Assembly (NCBI RefSeq): GCF_000002075.1 | Contig: NW_004797702.1 | Location: 560,468-619,653, forward strand | DNA: 59,186 nucleotides | Direction: 5' to 3' | Origin: Aplysia californica | Lineage: Eukaryota | Shown: positions 25,701-35,551 of the stretch, piece after piece | Position numbering within the stretch: the first letter of the stretch is position 1 | Layout: each line of letters begins with the position of its first letter | The notes under the pieces: generated by a model | What the model saw: only the letters and a program-made list of their open reading frames with translations | The model's database searches: none | What the model was told of the DNA's origin: nothing | Position numbers and translations under genes: made by a program

Positions 25701-28700
25701 NNNNNNNNNNNNNNNNNNNNNNNNNNNNNNNNNNNNNNNNNNNNNNNNNNNNNNNNNNNNNNNNNNNNNNNNNNNNNNNNNNNNNNNNNNNNNNNNNNNN
25801 NNNNNNNNNNNNNNNNNNNNNNNNNNNNNNNNNNNNNNNNNNNNNNNNNNNNNNNNNNNNNNNNNNNNNNNNNNNNNNNNNNNNNNNNNNNNNNNNNNNN
25901 NNNNNNNNNNNNNNNNNNNNNNNNNNNNNNNNNNNNNNNNNNNNNNNNNNNNNNNNNNNNNNNNNNNNNNNNNNNNNNNNNNNNNNNNNNNNNNNNNNNN
26001 NNNNNNNNNNNNNNNNNNNNNNNNNNNNNNNNNNNNNNNNNNNNNNNNNNNNNNNNNNNNNNNNNNNNNNNNNNNNNNNNNNNNNNNNNNNNNNNNNNNN
26101 NNNNNNNNNNNNNNNNNNNNNNNNNNNNNNNNNNNNNNNNNNNNNNNNNNNNNNNNNNNNNNNNNNNNNNNNNNNNNNNNNNNNNNNNNNNNNNNNNNNN
26201 NNNNNNNNNNNNNNNNNNNNNNNNNNNNNNNNNNNGGGGGGGGCAGCTATGTATGTGGGTGGTTGGTGGGTGCTCTGGTGTAGTTTGCTCCTTCTTTCCT
26301 ATCAACATCTATCGTCTTTACCTCCCCTCCTTCTTTTTTGTGTTTGTTACTCTCTTGTAATGTAACACCTCTAATCTTTGGCACTTATATGACCTGATTG
26401 TGTTGCAAGTGCCGTAAATCTTACGAAAAAAAAATCTTGAGATATATATGTTTTCTCAGGGAGAGCTACATGTTTAACGCCCTGGAGTCTGTGGCAAACT
26501 CGGAGCAACCTTTGACCCCTGTGCTGGGCTGTCGGATCAGCAAAGCTCTCGAGCCCCAGTTTGTGCTGGATGATGTTAGTGGTGATGTTTTTGCAGATCT
26601 GTTCATTGGTTCCGTTTGATCTTGGAAGATCATACAATTTGATAAAATCTCTTAATTTTTCATGAACATGACACTTAACATTGATTAAAATAATGAAAAT
26701 AGTAATATGTAACAATAATAATTTATACAATAATAATAATTATTGTTATTGTAATAATAATGATAAAAATGTAATTAATTTGGTGATGACAATATTATAA
26801 TTGTTTATTGGAAACATTGTCTACTTCTTCACATCTTTTCCAGTAGTCAGATGTTGCTTCTTGGACCTTTATGTAATAAAACACACTGTCTCTTGCCATT
26901 CTGCCTACCTGAGTTGTTTCAGTTCCTCGCCCGGTTTCTATGTCCTTTTCCTATCTTCTGGTAGGTCTCCCCCTTCCTCTTTTGCCTTTTACTATTACTT
27001 CCTGTACTACTACAGTGGAGTCCATTTATAACGAGTCCTGAAATAACGAGAAGTCTGTTATAAAGACACTGTTCGAAAACCCCGGGTTTTTTTTCCTTCT
27101 TTATCTTTGTAAATAAAATACTGCTATAGTGCAATCAGACAAACACGCAAGTCAGTTATAGCGGAATGTTGCTGCTGCTGTGCACAACGCAGGCCAATTA
27201 TGCATAATGTAAAACCTCACCAGTTGAGAAACTTGTTGGTGATCTAACAAAACAAAGAATGGGAGAGCCCACGTGAGCCAACAATGAAGGCCGGAGCGAA
27301 TGAGTGAGGAGAGTATGACAGGCACAGAAAAGCAGAACGCATTGCATGATAGGCCAGCCTAGTCTAGCTAGGCCTACCTTGCCTCTCACTTCTCTGATGC
27401 AGGAATGGAGAGGTCACAATTCACAATGCTGTGATGGATGGAGTGAGTATGTGACGTGGGCAGGGTTTGGTATGTATCCAATGTGCGCAAGCAGACGGAA
27501 CGCACCACAGGGTGTGGTGGGGTAGGGGACAACACAGTGGGCGAGTTAGCATGGAGTCCTTTCTTTATGATCGCTAGCGCATAGCTGTCAACATCGCTAG
27601 TTAGAGAAAGAAACCTGATTCGATTTTTGATCAAGTAAGACCTAGAGGTCACGTTTAACAAAATCATCACCAGGTGAGATAATAAAAAGATGCAAACAGA
27701 GCACCTAACTCATATCATTTCCCTTGAGTTTATCACTGGATCCCCTATAACGAGAATCCTGCTTTAACGGACATTTCATACTGGTTCCCTCCTCGTTATA
27801 ACGGGATTCCACTACTAATATTAATGGAACCTGTTTGTATAGTGCATTTTTACTTCGCTTGTGTTCTGTGTACTTTACAGCAAAGTTCGAATGAACATAC
27901 ACTCACATTCATCTATACCTTAATTCAGAAATATCTGTGGTTTCTTTCCCTAGGACTCGACCCTTTCTCACTTCTTTCACTCACCTCTCATGAGTGTGCA
28001 CATGACTGACATGAATATGAATACAGACTGTCACACACAGACACATGCATACACCCACTCACTCAGCTACATTTTTGGTTTTATCTCAGCCTATATATAT
28101 AAACTTTGACAAATGAGTGAAATTTCAACATTCCAAAGCTTACCGTACCAATTCTTTCTGTCTGTCAGTTTTTGACATCCAGAGTGAACTGGGTGGTGCA
28201 GAGTTCGGCTGTGGATTACCTGCATTTGATGCTGGTGTGCATGCGGTGGCTTCTCTCCTCCTACAACATCAAGGGCCGCTTTTGTGTAAGCATTCACGAT
28301 GAGGTGCGCTACCTGGTGACCAGTTCGGACAAATACCGCGCTGCCCTGGCGCTTCAGATAACCAACCTCCTCACCCGCTCTATGTTTGCTCACAAGCTTG
28401 GCATGGAGGATCTGCCTCAGGTGAGACATGATGCCTGAAAATGTTTGCTGTAGCTTTCCAATTTTCCTTTCTTTTTGTCGTGGAAACTTACTGTAGCTGT
28501 TATCGATCCTCTGTCAGTTACCAGTTTTGTTAAGCTTTGTTTGATGTAGTAGAGAATTAGGCTCAGAAACTGGGATTGTTTCTCTCTCTCTCATTCAGAT
28601 GGACATTGGACAGGTAGACTGGCTCAGCTTGTTGAAGATTATGAACTAAATTTCCTATGCAAATTTGGATTCTTCGTGGTTGATTACATATATTTTGACA

Positions 28701-30179
28701 CCAAAATCATAAATTTGCTCTACTGCCTCATGCTATGGGACATTATAGGGTTGCGCATACCGGCAATGGCGGCCATCTTGAAAAATGGAGGCCATTTTGA
28801 AAAAAATGCGTGGTAAACATTCAATTTATGAATAAGCATGTCATAATGGATATGTGTGCCAATTTTGGTGCTTGTATGATGATGTGAATGATTCGGCCGA
28901 TTTTTGCAATTAGCTGCCCCACTACTAGCTTTGTCTTTGTTGAAATGTGCACCCTTGAGGACATATGAACTACTTAAATATAAATTCATGTCAGTGCATA
29001 GTGGATGTTAGAAATCATGGGCCCAGAAAATTTGGTTTCCAGTGCTTTGGCAATTCAAGGAACCTTGTTGTCTTTGGATGATAATGGCAACACCTTCTCA
29101 CTTCACCCGGGTTTTTTTTTCTGCAGTCGGTGGCTTTCTTCAGTGCTGTTGACATTGATTCCTGCCTCAGGAAAGAAGTGACCATGGACTGTGTGACCCC
29201 GTCAAATCCCCATGGTCTTCACAAAGGCTACAGGATCCAGCCAGGTAAATTCTGCTGTTTTGCTATCCCCTGTTTGAATTCTGACTCCTTCCACCCTGAA
29301 AAAAATGCTATTGGTTGTTACAGTTACTGGAGAAAAAAGTCTGTCTTCAAAAATAAAGTTTTAAGAATTCAACAAAATGGGGTACTCCTTTTGGTTATGG
29401 CAGAATTTTGCAACAGTATAAGAAGACTACACAAATGGCCGACTTCTTTGCTCAAATCTTGTGTGGTATGACGTACGCATGATATCAGAAGAATTACTTT
29501 ACCGATTAAAATTGAAATCCCAGTTTACCGAGTACATGAACTGCTTGATGAAAGTTAATTGTAACGACCTCTCGGCACAACTTATGATTTAATTTTCCAT
29601 GACAGCAGAGAATGTAGATACATTTTTTTTAAAAATAGGAGCTGAAATAAATTCCAAACTCCTGTTTTACTGTCGAGGGAAAGAAACAAAGTGACAATTG
29701 ACTGTAAAGCATGTCTTTCAGTGGTTGCAAAGTTAGCTTATTTTAGAATGAATTCTATTTCATCATAAATTATACAGTGCTTTGTATCCAGTGCTAAAAC
29801 TTTGTCTTTGGTTTTGGAAATACTGGTTAGCTCTGTTGATGTGGCGTGACAGTTGACAAAGGTGCAGAGTGACCACACTTCAGGTCCACGGAGGTACTTT
29901 TGTAAGCTTAGTTCGTGACGAGTTAGAAAGAGTCACCATTGTGTCCTTGCTGTTGGATCTTATTCTTTTTTAAAAACAACTTTTCTGAAAATAAGTCCCT
30001 GATCTAAGATTAAAAGTTATCAAAAATGGGACTGGTCTGACGAAAGGGTCATGTTTTCTGTTGTGTTCTCTTTGATGCGAAGTGCCAGTAGAACCATGCC
30101 TAATGTTTACCCATCTTTCTGTCCAGGGGAGGCTCTTGACATATACAGCATACTGCAGAAGACCAATGGGAAACTCTGA
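3380..30179 (+). CDS. POLG: DNA polymerase gamma catalytic subunit (mitochondrial), 23 coding exons, ~1125 aa
   Basis: Manually spliced exons give a continuous 3378-nt frame with consistent phases. Motifs: ExoI LVFDIEC, Exo[11 protein letters not shown], ExoIII YCANDV, Pol[14 protein letters not shown], Pol[15 protein letters not shown], PolC SIHDEVRY. The acid-free N-terminus resembles a mitochondrial presequence. Confidence 0.97.
4015..4245 (+). repeat. dispersed repeat fragment
   Basis: 4015-4180 matches 39215-39360 in reverse; 4180-4243 matches 2598-2663. Confidence 0.75.
4598..4793 (+). CDS. POLG: POLG exon 2 (ExoII), GC donor
   Basis: cag|G TAC TCA TGG ... [20 protein letters not shown]|gcaaga. 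Confidence 0.9.
5010..5771. mobile_element. hAT-type MITE
   Basis: TIR CAGTGGCGGTGGG; perfect 8-bp TSD catggtag. Confidence 0.92.
6165..6323 (+). CDS. POLG: POLG exon 3
   Basis: [18 protein letters not shown]...; donor gttcgt is the least certain boundary. Confidence 0.85.
7022..7162 (+). CDS. POLG: POLG exon 4
   Basis: [17 protein letters not shown]...VREQFQ|gtcagg. Confidence 0.88.
7461..7977 (+). mobile_element. full-length tRNA-derived SINE (family A)
   Basis: A box tggccttgaggtt, B box ggttcgaatcc, poly-A tail, TSD aaaagctgaag (7450-7460 / 7978-7988). Confidence 0.92.
8131..8210 (+). CDS. POLG: POLG exon 5 (ExoIII)
   Basis: [17 protein letters not shown]. Confidence 0.93.
8282..8707 (+). 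mobile_element. ~430-bp TIR MITE (family D)
   Basis: TIR core gtggaatcaggcgctcgtcaa; copies at 24371-24814 and ~34400-34686. Confidence 0.85.
9087..9269 (+). CDS. POLG: POLG exon 6
   Basis: [20 protein letters not shown]. Confidence 0.93.
9852..10717. mobile_element. pogo/Tc1-mariner-type MITE
   Basis: TA|ctgtcaaacc ... ggttcgactg|TA; a related left end lies at 44531-44580. Confidence 0.75.
10828..10981 (+). CDS. POLG: POLG exon 7
   Basis: [12 protein letters not shown]...; donor gttagt. Confidence 0.9.
12024..12124 (+). CDS. POLG: POLG exon 8
   Basis: ...[14 protein letters not shown]; donor gtaagt; phases fit neighbours. Confidence 0.88.
12662..12774 (+). CDS. POLG: POLG exon 9
   Basis: WYKDLC...[13 protein letters not shown]. 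Confidence 0.92.
13487..13619 (+). CDS. POLG: POLG exon 10
   Basis: [16 protein letters not shown]. Confidence 0.92.
14410..15334 (+). mobile_element. non-autonomous piggyBac-type element (family E), 925 bp
   Basis: TTAA|ctcacttcagacggg ... cccagtcgcaagtgag|TTAA; near-identical copy from 50601. Confidence 0.9.
15514..15691 (+). CDS. POLG: POLG exon 11 (variable spacer region)
   Basis: ttttcag|A GCC TTT...AAG AAA CCA|gtatgt; phase 2 in and phase 0 out bridges exons 10 and 12; weak homology. Confidence 0.78.
15817..16889. mobile_element. hAT-like non-autonomous element with 6-bp TSD; internal (CA)n
   Basis: TIR cagacctgccactc / gagtggtaggtctg; TSD aattat/aattgt; repeated subterminal TCCCGATTT. 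Confidence 0.8.
17275..17355 (+). CDS. POLG: POLG exon 12
   Basis: [18 protein letters not shown]. Confidence 0.9.
17600..17858 (-). mobile_element. tRNA-derived SINE (family B)
   Basis: minus strand: A box tggcggagcgg, B box ggttcgagcc, then cacccagcagtaatgggtatctg resembling a conserved invertebrate SINE central domain. Confidence 0.75.
18053..18210 (+). CDS. POLG: POLG exon 13
   Basis: [11 protein letters not shown]...DGTL...[10 protein letters not shown]. Confidence 0.93.
19133..19186 (+). CDS. POLG: POLG exon 14
   Basis: [17 protein letters not shown]. Confidence 0.87.
19815..19932 (+). CDS. POLG: POLG exon 15
   Basis: [29 protein letters not shown]. Confidence 0.95.
20635..20770 (+). 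CDS. POLG: POLG exon 16 (Pol motif A)
   Basis: [32 protein letters not shown]. Confidence 0.95.
20782..20958 (+). mobile_element. ~180-bp retroposon (family C), SINE-A-like 3' tail
   Basis: GGGTAGTTGG...ttctttcctatcaaacatc...gtaaaactcttactaaaactaaa; five copies in the window. Confidence 0.8.
21213..22208 (+). mobile_element. ~1-kb non-autonomous DNA element (family G), ends AGGTAGC...GGTACCT
   Basis: end-to-end homology with 43219-44186. Confidence 0.85.
22947..23053 (+). CDS. POLG: POLG exon 17
   Basis: [11 protein letters not shown]...TDLHSKTA...SRDHAK. Confidence 0.95.
23657..23796 (+). CDS. POLG: POLG exon 18 (Pol motif B)
   Basis: [23 protein letters not shown]...TKG. Confidence 0.95.
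24254..24280 (+). CDS. POLG: POLG exon 19, 27-nt microexon
   Basis: T-tract + cag|T GCC CAA GGA CAG TGG ATT GGT GGA TC|gtaagt supplies the conserved WxGG(S/T) before ESxMFN. Confidence 0.87.
24371..24814 (+). mobile_element. ~440-bp TIR MITE (family D)
   Basis: near-perfect ~38-bp TIR tatatgtgaggca.cgtggtggaatcaggctctcgtcaa. Confidence 0.9.
25211..26251. mobile_element. hAT-like element spanning an assembly gap, 6-bp TSD
   Basis: TIR catagctgccc / gggcagctatg; TSD tacgtg/tatgtg. Confidence 0.7.
26257..26434 (+). mobile_element. ~180-bp retroposon (family C)
   Basis: same 5' start GGGTGGTTGG and A-tail. Confidence 0.8.
26460..26574 (+). CDS. POLG: POLG exon 20
   Basis: ESYMFNALE...[14 protein letters not shown]. 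Confidence 0.94.
27013..27814. mobile_element. Tigger/pogo-type MITE
   Basis: TA|cagtggagtccatttataacgag ... ctcgttataacgggattccacta. Confidence 0.8.
28169..28420 (+). CDS. POLG: POLG exon 21 (Pol motif C)
   Basis: [18 protein letters not shown]...[10 protein letters not shown]...DLPQ. Confidence 0.96.
29127..29244 (+). CDS. POLG: POLG exon 22
   Basis: [30 protein letters not shown]. Confidence 0.95.
30127..30179 (+). CDS. POLG: POLG last coding exon
   Basis: [20 protein letters not shown]. Confidence 0.92.
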
Positions 30180-30287
30180 TCTGATGGTGTCATACGGATA
30201 GTTTGCTTGTTCATCTACTTTCACATTTATTTTTGGCTATTATTCCCCCCCCTTCCTCCCTTGTGTTGACAAAGTCAGCTACCTTTC

Positions 30288-30297
30288 AATAAATAAA
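30288..30297 (+). terminator. candidate POLG polyadenylation signal (overlapping AATAAA)
   Basis: aataaataaa ~110 nt after the stop, followed by a GT/T-rich tract. Confidence 0.6.
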
Positions 30298-30357
30298 AAG
30301 AAAACTTACATGACAAAAGGATGTGTTTTTTCATGATTCTAGAACACCTCAGTATTT

Positions 30358-30533
30358 TTTAGTTTTAGTAGAGGTTTTACGGCGCTTGCGACTGCATAAG
30401 GTCATATGAGCGCCAGAAGATTAGAAGTGTTACAAGAGAGTAACAAATGTAAAAAAGAAGAAGGGGAGATAGGACGATAGATGTTTGATAGGAAAGAAGG
30501 AGCAAACCACACCAGAGCACCCGCCAACCACCC
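30358..30533 (-). mobile_element. ~180-bp retroposon (family C)
   Basis: 14-bp TSD acacctcagtattt (30344-30357 / 30534-30547). Confidence 0.88.
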
Positions 30534-31610
30534 ACACCTCAGTATTTGCTTATGTAATAAAGACAAAACAATTAAGAGCAGTTCTTAAAAAAAATTACTT
30601 CCTTTTGCCTGAACTGCTCTCAATTCTGTTGTCTTTTAACATAATATAAGCAAATGCATGGAAGGCGTGCACCGCACCTTCACAGCTACAAATTATGTTC
30701 TATGTGGGTGAAAGATGTACACAATACAGAAGCTATGGGGGGATGTTGCACCTGGCAAAGGGAAGGGGAGGTTTATGTATGTACTGGTTAGTTTATCAGG
30801 CTAAAAGTAGGGCAGAAAAAAGAAAGAGAAAAGGGACAGGTAATGAACGACGATGCATCTCAATACCAGCTTTTGGGCGGAGAGGGAATCTTTTGGGCTC
30901 ATGTACCTTGTTACTCTCAATGATGACAAAAAATGAGTTTGCTTTCCATTGTGCATGCAAGGTGATTTGAATCTGAATTTGAAACAATTGTTGGGAAAAA
31001 TTTTGATCAGGCTTTTCGAGACGTGCTGGTCACATCCATGTGGGTGTTCCAGAATTCTGTGTGTGCTGCCACTACTACAAAGACAATACAGTGGTTCGGT
31101 CAGTGATTGGTATATATTCAGGGTTAATGCCTAACTGACTTCACAATTTTCCTGAGGGCTCATTCAGGGTTCTGACTAGGCCAGGGCAAGATCGACGGCA
31201 AAAAGACTCGAGGCCTCGATTCCAAAACTGAAAAAGAGTCGAGGAATCGACTCTGATTTTTGAGTTTGGAAGCTGCTTCAAGTGGGCTGTTTAGAGAGGC
31301 CATGACTTCAACACTGCTAAAAATAGCTCTTAAGATCGAGACCTCGAGTCTTGAACACTGCTGNNNNNNNNNNNNNNNNNNNNNNNNNNNNNNNNNNNNN
31401 NNNNNNNNNNNNNNNNNNNNNNNNNNNNNNNNNNNNNNNNNNNNNNNNNNNNNNNNNNNNNNNGGAGGGAGAGAGAGAGAGAGAAGGATACAACCCATGG
31501 CCAGACTTTGACATTTCACGATTAGTTCACGATTAGTTCACTCTTGTACATTGTTGCCCTTTTCGGGGGTGGGGGTGGGGGGCTCTCATGCTTGTACAAC
31601 GTGGGCCAGT

Positions 31611-31618
31611 GCGTGTGT

Positions 31619-31697
<79 letters not shown>
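31611..31697. repeat. (GT)n microsatellite
   Basis: about 40 GT units. Confidence 0.95.
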
Positions 31698-31699
<2 letters not shown>

Positions 31700-32633
31700 G
31701 CCTCCCTTCTATCACTCTTGCCAATGCGTGGGGCACAGGCTCCTTCTCTCTTGCACTATCAAGGCCTAGTGCACGCCGAATTCAAATAGTGAAAAAAACA
31801 ACCTAAGTAAACAAAACTCAAAACAATTAATTTAACTTGGTAATCGGGCCTTAAAATGGGTTCCCCGCGTAACTAATGCAAATTTTGGGTCGCTGATCAC
31901 GAAAATCTTATTATTTCTTAAATTTGGCCAATATTTAAGAAATTTTTGGCATGCATTTTTAACTCCGCCTAGGCCAACATCAAAGAAGCCGCCTTATGCG
32001 CCGGATCAGTCCCGTCCTGGTGCGGTGTCTGTTTTGAAGCAAAAAACTCGACTGTGGGGTGGGACAGCCCTAGGCCTAGGCCTATCCCACGACAGGACTG
32101 TAATAGTGAGGTACAGACTTAGATTCTTGCCTCGATTCTCGGAGTCTAGGCTAGGAACCAGGCTTTAAAAAAAGGAGACGGGAGGCGTCGACCCTGGGCG
32201 GAGTCGAAGCTTAGAGTCTGGGAACATGGAACAAGATCGATTCTTTGAGTCCTCATTTGGAGTCGAAAGAATCGATCCCAGAGTCGATCTTGCCCTGGCC
32301 TACCCCAGATACTTCTTTTCTTCATCCGGTGTCTGGTCTGGAGCAGACATTGACGATCATGGTATGTAGCCCACTCCTTCCTGTCGTCTGTCTTCCTGAC
32401 CAGCTCGGTTTTTCTCTTCGTGTCATTCGTTGCAAAGTAGGTCAGGTCATCTGAGTGTGTTGTTCTTTGTCTTCCTCTGCTCTTCTTTCACTCTATCTTT
32501 CATCACGTCCTTATGCAGTTGCGAGCGCCGTAAAACTCTTACTAAAACTTAATTTAAAAAACCCTACAACGACAGCAGTTCGTCTAGTCCATTTGATCTA
32601 TTTATGTGGCCAGATTATGTAATTGATAAAAAT

Positions 32634-33362
32634 GGAAGGAGTTCCACAGAGGGCTGGCCGACCAACAACACACGAAAGAGGGGATATTTTGAGCGAGGTA
32701 TACCCTAACCCTAACCTTAACCCAAAACCCTAACCCTAACCGGGGGGTTCTCGTGGCCTACAGGTTAAGGTGATGGCCTCTCATTCAAAAGGCTCTGGGT
32801 TCGAATCCGGGTAGCGACCGAAAAAAAATTTCTTCTCTAAAATTGTCTCCTTTCATCTCCTTTCCTGCTCTCTAGCAATGTTCTGTTGTCTGCTTTCATT
32901 TCCACTTTCTGTCCCCACCCTCTCACCTCTTTTGCCCCCTCCTCTGGGCTCTTGACTCTTTCTGCAGCCTTTCTACTGCTACTCCTTGGCTCCTCCTTAC
33001 TGCTGTCTTTCTGCCACACCCCTGATCTTCTGGTAGGAAAGATCTACTCCTAGCCTTCTCGGACAAGGGCGAAAAATCTCGGAGGGCCCGTGTGCAAGTT
33101 GCGCACGTTAAAGATCCCTTGATGGTCTAAATTCGATAAGAGTAGGCTTCGGCCACCATCCGGGCAAAAATTCAAAATTTCCTACCAACTGAAAATATTA
33201 GGTGTGTCCCGCGCGCTCATATGACCTTATGCAGTTGCGAGCGCCGTAAAACACTGTACAAAAACAAACAAACATAACCCTAACCCTAACTCTTGTATAG
33301 ATTGCTCAGTGGACCTTGTCACGGTAAGTGCCGCCCCCCCCCCCCCCTGCGGACCTCCTCCC
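32634..33362 (+). mobile_element. GG-start TIR MITE (family H) containing CCCTAA repeats and a SINE
   Basis: both arms match 55823-56273 in reverse. Confidence 0.75.
32742..33275 (+). mobile_element. full-length tRNA-derived SINE (family A) inserted in CCCTAA repeats
   Basis: colinear with 7461-7977; TSD aaccctaaccctaac (32726-32740 / 33276-33290). Confidence 0.92.
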
Positions 33363-33998
33363 AATGCTCAATATCTACATGGAGATGGCAGAGAAAAAAT
33401 CTCGTCACGGATGGGTGAGATCAAAATGCAGTAATCAAAAAGATGATTCTTCGAAATCTTTTCAATTTGCACCAGTGTTGCCGCATCTACGATTTTACAG
33501 TGGGTGGTGGTTCAAATGGCGGGCACCAAGAAAAAAAGAAAAAAAAGAAAGAAAAAGAAAGAAAGAAAGTATGTTTAAAAATTAAATATTTGTAAAAACC
33601 GTCTTGCTTTCTCCGATACATTTTAACCCCCCNNNNNNNNNNNNNNNNNNNNNNNNNNNNNNNNNNNNNNNNNNNNNNNNNNNNNNNNNNNNNNNNNNNN
33701 NNNNNNNNNNNNNNNNNNNNNNNNNNNNNNNNGACCCTGGGCGGAGTCGAAGCTTAGAGTCTGGGAACATGGAACAAGATCGATTCTTTGAGTCCTCATT
33801 TGGAGTCGAAAGAATCGATCCCAGAGTCGATCTTGCCCTGGCCTAGTTCTGACTCCATGAGATATATATATATAGTTTAAGTGAAAATTGGATTCAAAGA
33901 TTTACATTCTCATGTGAAATGTCTTTGCACCTTATTTGTAAAGTTCCCCAAAAATGTCAAGTCAGATGGAGCCTTTTGATGCAGCGTGCAGTGCGTCT

Positions 33999-34184
33999 TT
34001 TAAAAAAAATAGTTTTAGTAAGAGTTTTACGGCACTTGCAACACAATAAGGTCATATAAGTGTGGAAGAATAGATTGTGCTTCAAGAGAGTAACAAACAC
34101 CAAAAAAAAGAGGTGAGATAAGGACGACGGATGTTTGATAGGAAAGAAGGAGCGAACCACACCACAGCACCCACCAACCACCCA
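33999..34184 (-). mobile_element. ~180-bp retroposon (family C)
   Basis: 12-bp TSD tgcagtgcgtct (33987-33998 / 34185-34196). Confidence 0.88.
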
Positions 34185-34399
34185 TGCAGTGCGTCTGTGT
34201 CAGCCGTGTATACGTGTTACTCAGTCTTCACAAGTGGAGTTAGAACTCTGTCACTAAGGGGGCACGATCTGTGACATTCTACTGAGGTGACCAGCTCATT
34301 TCCATGGGGATATCTGCTACTCCTGTTTTCTTTTGAATTTATTTGTGTTATACTTGATCTTGTATTCCTATGCCCAGCATCTTCCTTTCCATTACTTTT

Positions 34400-34686
34400 T
34401 GTGTTATCCTTCATTTCACAAAAAATTGCAATTTTCAGTTTCCAAGGATTTTCAAGCTATGGAAAGTACCAAACTTTGGAGGCCATTTTCTCGCTAGTTT
34501 CACCTTTGAAATCGGACGACCCTTACCTCCTTCAATCGCAAATATTTCGACTTGCGTTCAACATAGATGGCTATTTTGTTTCACCAAAAGCAAGGCAACT
34601 AAACATGCTTTAAGATTATTATATCAATAACTCCAAATGGCCAAAAACTGACGAGCGCCTGATTCCACTGCGTCGCGACACATATA
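34400..34686 (-). mobile_element. partial MITE (family D)
   Basis: gacgagcgcctgattccactgcgtcgcgacacatata end plus internal homology; left limit approximate. Confidence 0.7.
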
Positions 34687-35370
34687 CACTACCTCTGTCG
34701 CAAGTAAAATGAGGAAAGTTCTTTCTTTACTCACCTTATAAAGCGGTATCAAACATATAATAATCATAAAGATCTGTATTTCATTGATAGCTCATATTGT
34801 TTATTGCGTAAGAACCCTCCACAGAGTATTGGCTCAGAATGTACAGCCTTGCAAGGGGAAATAAGAAAGCCTGAACACAGCAAAATCATTTTGCGAGTGA
34901 TCTATGCTAGTCATAGCAAGCCTGCAAGTTCTAATCATGCACTCTGAACATTTTAACAAAATTAAACAAACAAATAGTCCTCATGTAAAGAAAGTACAGA
35001 AACATTTGTATAGAAAATAGGAAATTTTAAAGGTGTAGAGATACGTCATGTTTTAATCTGAGAAATCAAAGGGGCTGCTAAAACAAAGAAGACAATGGGA
35101 TCAGTATAACTAGATACCATTTCCAAGAAATGAAACGGGATCGTAGCACTAGCACTGAAAAATACACACAGCTGCCATTCCCTCAAACCTACTCTCAAAT
35201 TCATTTGGCATTCTCAACAAATCAGGGGACACAACAATTCAATTGGGGGTGAGGGGGAGGGGATATATAATATATATATATTATTGTACTGAGGGAAGAA
35301 AAACTTACAGCTGGTGTGCTGAAGTGGTAGAGACAATAAAAGATTGCTAGCACTGTAACAGTGAAACTGC

Positions 35371-35551
35371 TTTTTTCTAGTTTTAGTAAGATTTTAACAG
35401 CACTTGTAACACAATTAGGTCATGTAAGTGCCGACAATTAGAGGTGATACAAGAGAGTAATATACACAAAAGAGGAGGAAGAGAGATAAGGATGATAGAT
35501 GTTTGATAGGAAAGAAGGAGCAAACCACACCACAGCATCAGCCAACCACCC
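35371..35551 (-). mobile_element. ~180-bp retroposon (family C)
   Basis: 13-bp TSD acagt(g/a)aaactgc (35358-35370 / 35552-35564). Confidence 0.85.

Larger units (their letters stand above)
31177..33845 (+). mobile_element. hAT-type element (TIR TAGGCCAGGGCAAGATCGA) with an extra internal right end
   Basis: 8-bp TSD gttctgac (31169-31176 / 33846-33853); identical right ends at 32190-32302 and 33733-33845; two gaps inside. Confidence 0.75.

Noticed and set aside
25394-26365. Long ORFs across 25.4-26.4 kb (and at the 11.3, 31.3, 33.6 and 56.4 kb gaps)
   Set aside because: Artefacts of N runs
28720-28927. Possible Academ-like transposon end (...ctgccccactacta)
   Set aside because: Only one end visible, no TSD and no second copy in the window
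31533-31806. HT/CV-repeat ORFs
   Set aside because: Translations of a (GT)n microsatellite
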